From: a virus
Taxonomy: Duplodnaviria > Caudoviricetes
DNA length: 64,000 nucleotides
Strand: one strand, 5' to 3'
Virus record (IMG/VR): IMGVR_UViG_3300033075_000428
Coordinates: 1 to 64,000 of that record
Shown here: piece by piece, positions 62,948 to 64,000 of the stretch
Layout of the letters: each line of letters starts with the position of its first letter
How positions within the stretch are numbered: the stretch's first letter is position 1
The notes under the pieces: model-generated
The model's input: the letters and a program-made list of their open reading frames with translations, nothing else
Told to the model about the DNA's origin: nothing
Databases searched by the model: none
Translations under genes and position numbers: made by a program

Positions 62948-63438
62948 CGTGACTCCTCTTGAGTTGCAATTATAAGAGGTGGAACGGTGCCCGAGGTATA
63001 TAGGGTTAGCCCGTTAGAAGCGTTATCCAACATCGTAACTGGTGGATTCGCCAAAGTGCTTCGGTCAGCGATTAAGATTGTCTCTGGCTTGTTTAGCTGA
63101 CTTCTCACCAGGGATTCGATTGACGAGGAAGTCAAGTCTCCATCGGGTATTGTCTGATTGCTAAGGAACTTCTTACCTTCTTCAGTTAGCTTGTATGTAC
63201 GTTTCAACTCACCTGAAACGAGTGACCCACTACGAACATCATAAACGATTGACTCATAGATGAACGTTACAGCATCATGGATTGTAATCAGTCCAAGGAA
63301 CTCTCGTGTCTTGCAGTGGTACAACGGACGTTCAACCGTTGACGAGTGCCCTGTGTGCCCATCACAAAGCTTCTGAACGTTATTGCGGTCTATCGTTATC
63401 TTTGACATTCTTTGTATTCTTAGGTGGTATCGGACCAA
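62941..63438 (-). CDS. Hypothetical protein (start probably MSKITID)
   Basis: ORF coupled to downstream gene. Confidence 0.65.
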   Translation of the reverse strand: MVRYHLRIQRMSKITIDRNNVQKLCDGHTGHSSTVERPLYHCKTREFLGLITIHDAVTFIYESIVYDVRSGSLVSGELKRTYKLTEEGKKFLSNQTIPDGDLTSSSIESLVRSQLNKPETILIADRSTLANPPVTMLDNASNGLTLYTSGTVPPLIIATQEESRW

Positions 63439-63612
63439 GTGTAAAGTACAGGAAGACGCAGAACAATTGAGTGAAGACGTCGTTCACAAATATCCCAAAC
63501 AAGAATCCAGCGAACAACACTGTGCGAAGTGTAATGTCAAGTTGTCGCTCTTCAAACATGATAGCTCCGAGGTATAACGTTAGCTTGTGAGTAATATAAC
63601 ACTAGTGGTGGG

Positions 63613-63996
63613 TCAAGTGATTCGTCCATAGCTACCTTGCTCACCAGACTTACTTGACGGGCTAGAAGACGAGAATGTCAGACTCTTACCAGCAGGACTA
63701 TTGTTGGTTGTCCTGATGTACTGTAGCTGGTCTTTGTACTCTAGGAATTCAATAAATAGCTGTTTGTCTTCCTCAGACATATTTTTGAACTCCTCGAATT
63801 CTTTCTGCTCCCTCTGCTTTACACTTTTACGGAAGCTATCAGAAATCTCGTCGAACATGGCATTGAGGGAACGGAAAGAATTCATTGCGTCCCCAAATCC
63901 TTGCTTTCTAAAACGACGCTCTTCGAGTCTACCACCGATGATTACAGTCAGAATTAGAAGAACTATAAATCCCAAGAGAAGCAAGAGAAAAAGCAT
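63613..63996 (-). CDS. Hypothetical membrane-anchored protein
   Basis: N-terminal hydrophobic helix. Confidence 0.65.
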   Translation of the reverse strand: MLFLLLLLGFIVLLILTVIIGGRLEERRFRKQGFGDAMNSFRSLNAMFDEISDSFRKSVKQREQKEFEEFKNMSEEDKQLFIEFLEYKDQLQYIRTTNNSPAGKSLTFSSSSPSSKSGEQGSYGRIT

Positions 63997-64000
63997 GTCG

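Noticed and set aside
1-64000. Stop-codon reassignment
   Set aside because: Conserved genes (capsid, Ro60, def, ABC) are full length in the standard code and no suppressor tRNA was seen

Overview
The window is part of a large T4-like (jumbo-type) tailed phage genome, with almost every gene on the minus strand. (1) 1-17.3 kb is a head module: gp13/gp14-like neck proteins, RecU-like resolvase, gp23-like major capsid protein, gp21-like prohead protease fused to a scaffold, SWIM-finger protein, Gly-rich fibre and putative internal head proteins. (2) 17.3-30 kb is an RNA/translation cluster: metallophosphoesterase, two tRNA-Leu, a complete Ro60/Rsr (TROVE+vWA) gene and peptide deformylase. (3) 30-43 kb holds many small, domain-shuffled paralogous ORFs plus HNH and DenV-like genes. 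(4) 43.5-48.7 kb is a five-gene ABC/OmpA/coiled-coil envelope module. (5) 49-61 kb contains GNAT, ATP-grasp, tRNA-Arg, porin, (p)ppGpp-hydrolase-like HD, four tandem paralogs and a class II aaRS-like plus MazG-like pair. The main observation is an array of four Y-RNA-like noncoding RNAs at 61.3-62.2 kb that no ORF explains. All share the stem UGGUGUAG..(A/U)UACUUC..CUGUUCCU with covarying flanking helices. Two carry different circularly permuted tRNA-like domains (YrlA type) and two are minimal. They are separated by a repeated hairpin spacer and lie about 39 kb from the phage Ro60 gene. The envelope genes point to a diderm host, possibly FCB group (inference). All calls come from motif recognition by eye; no searches were run.
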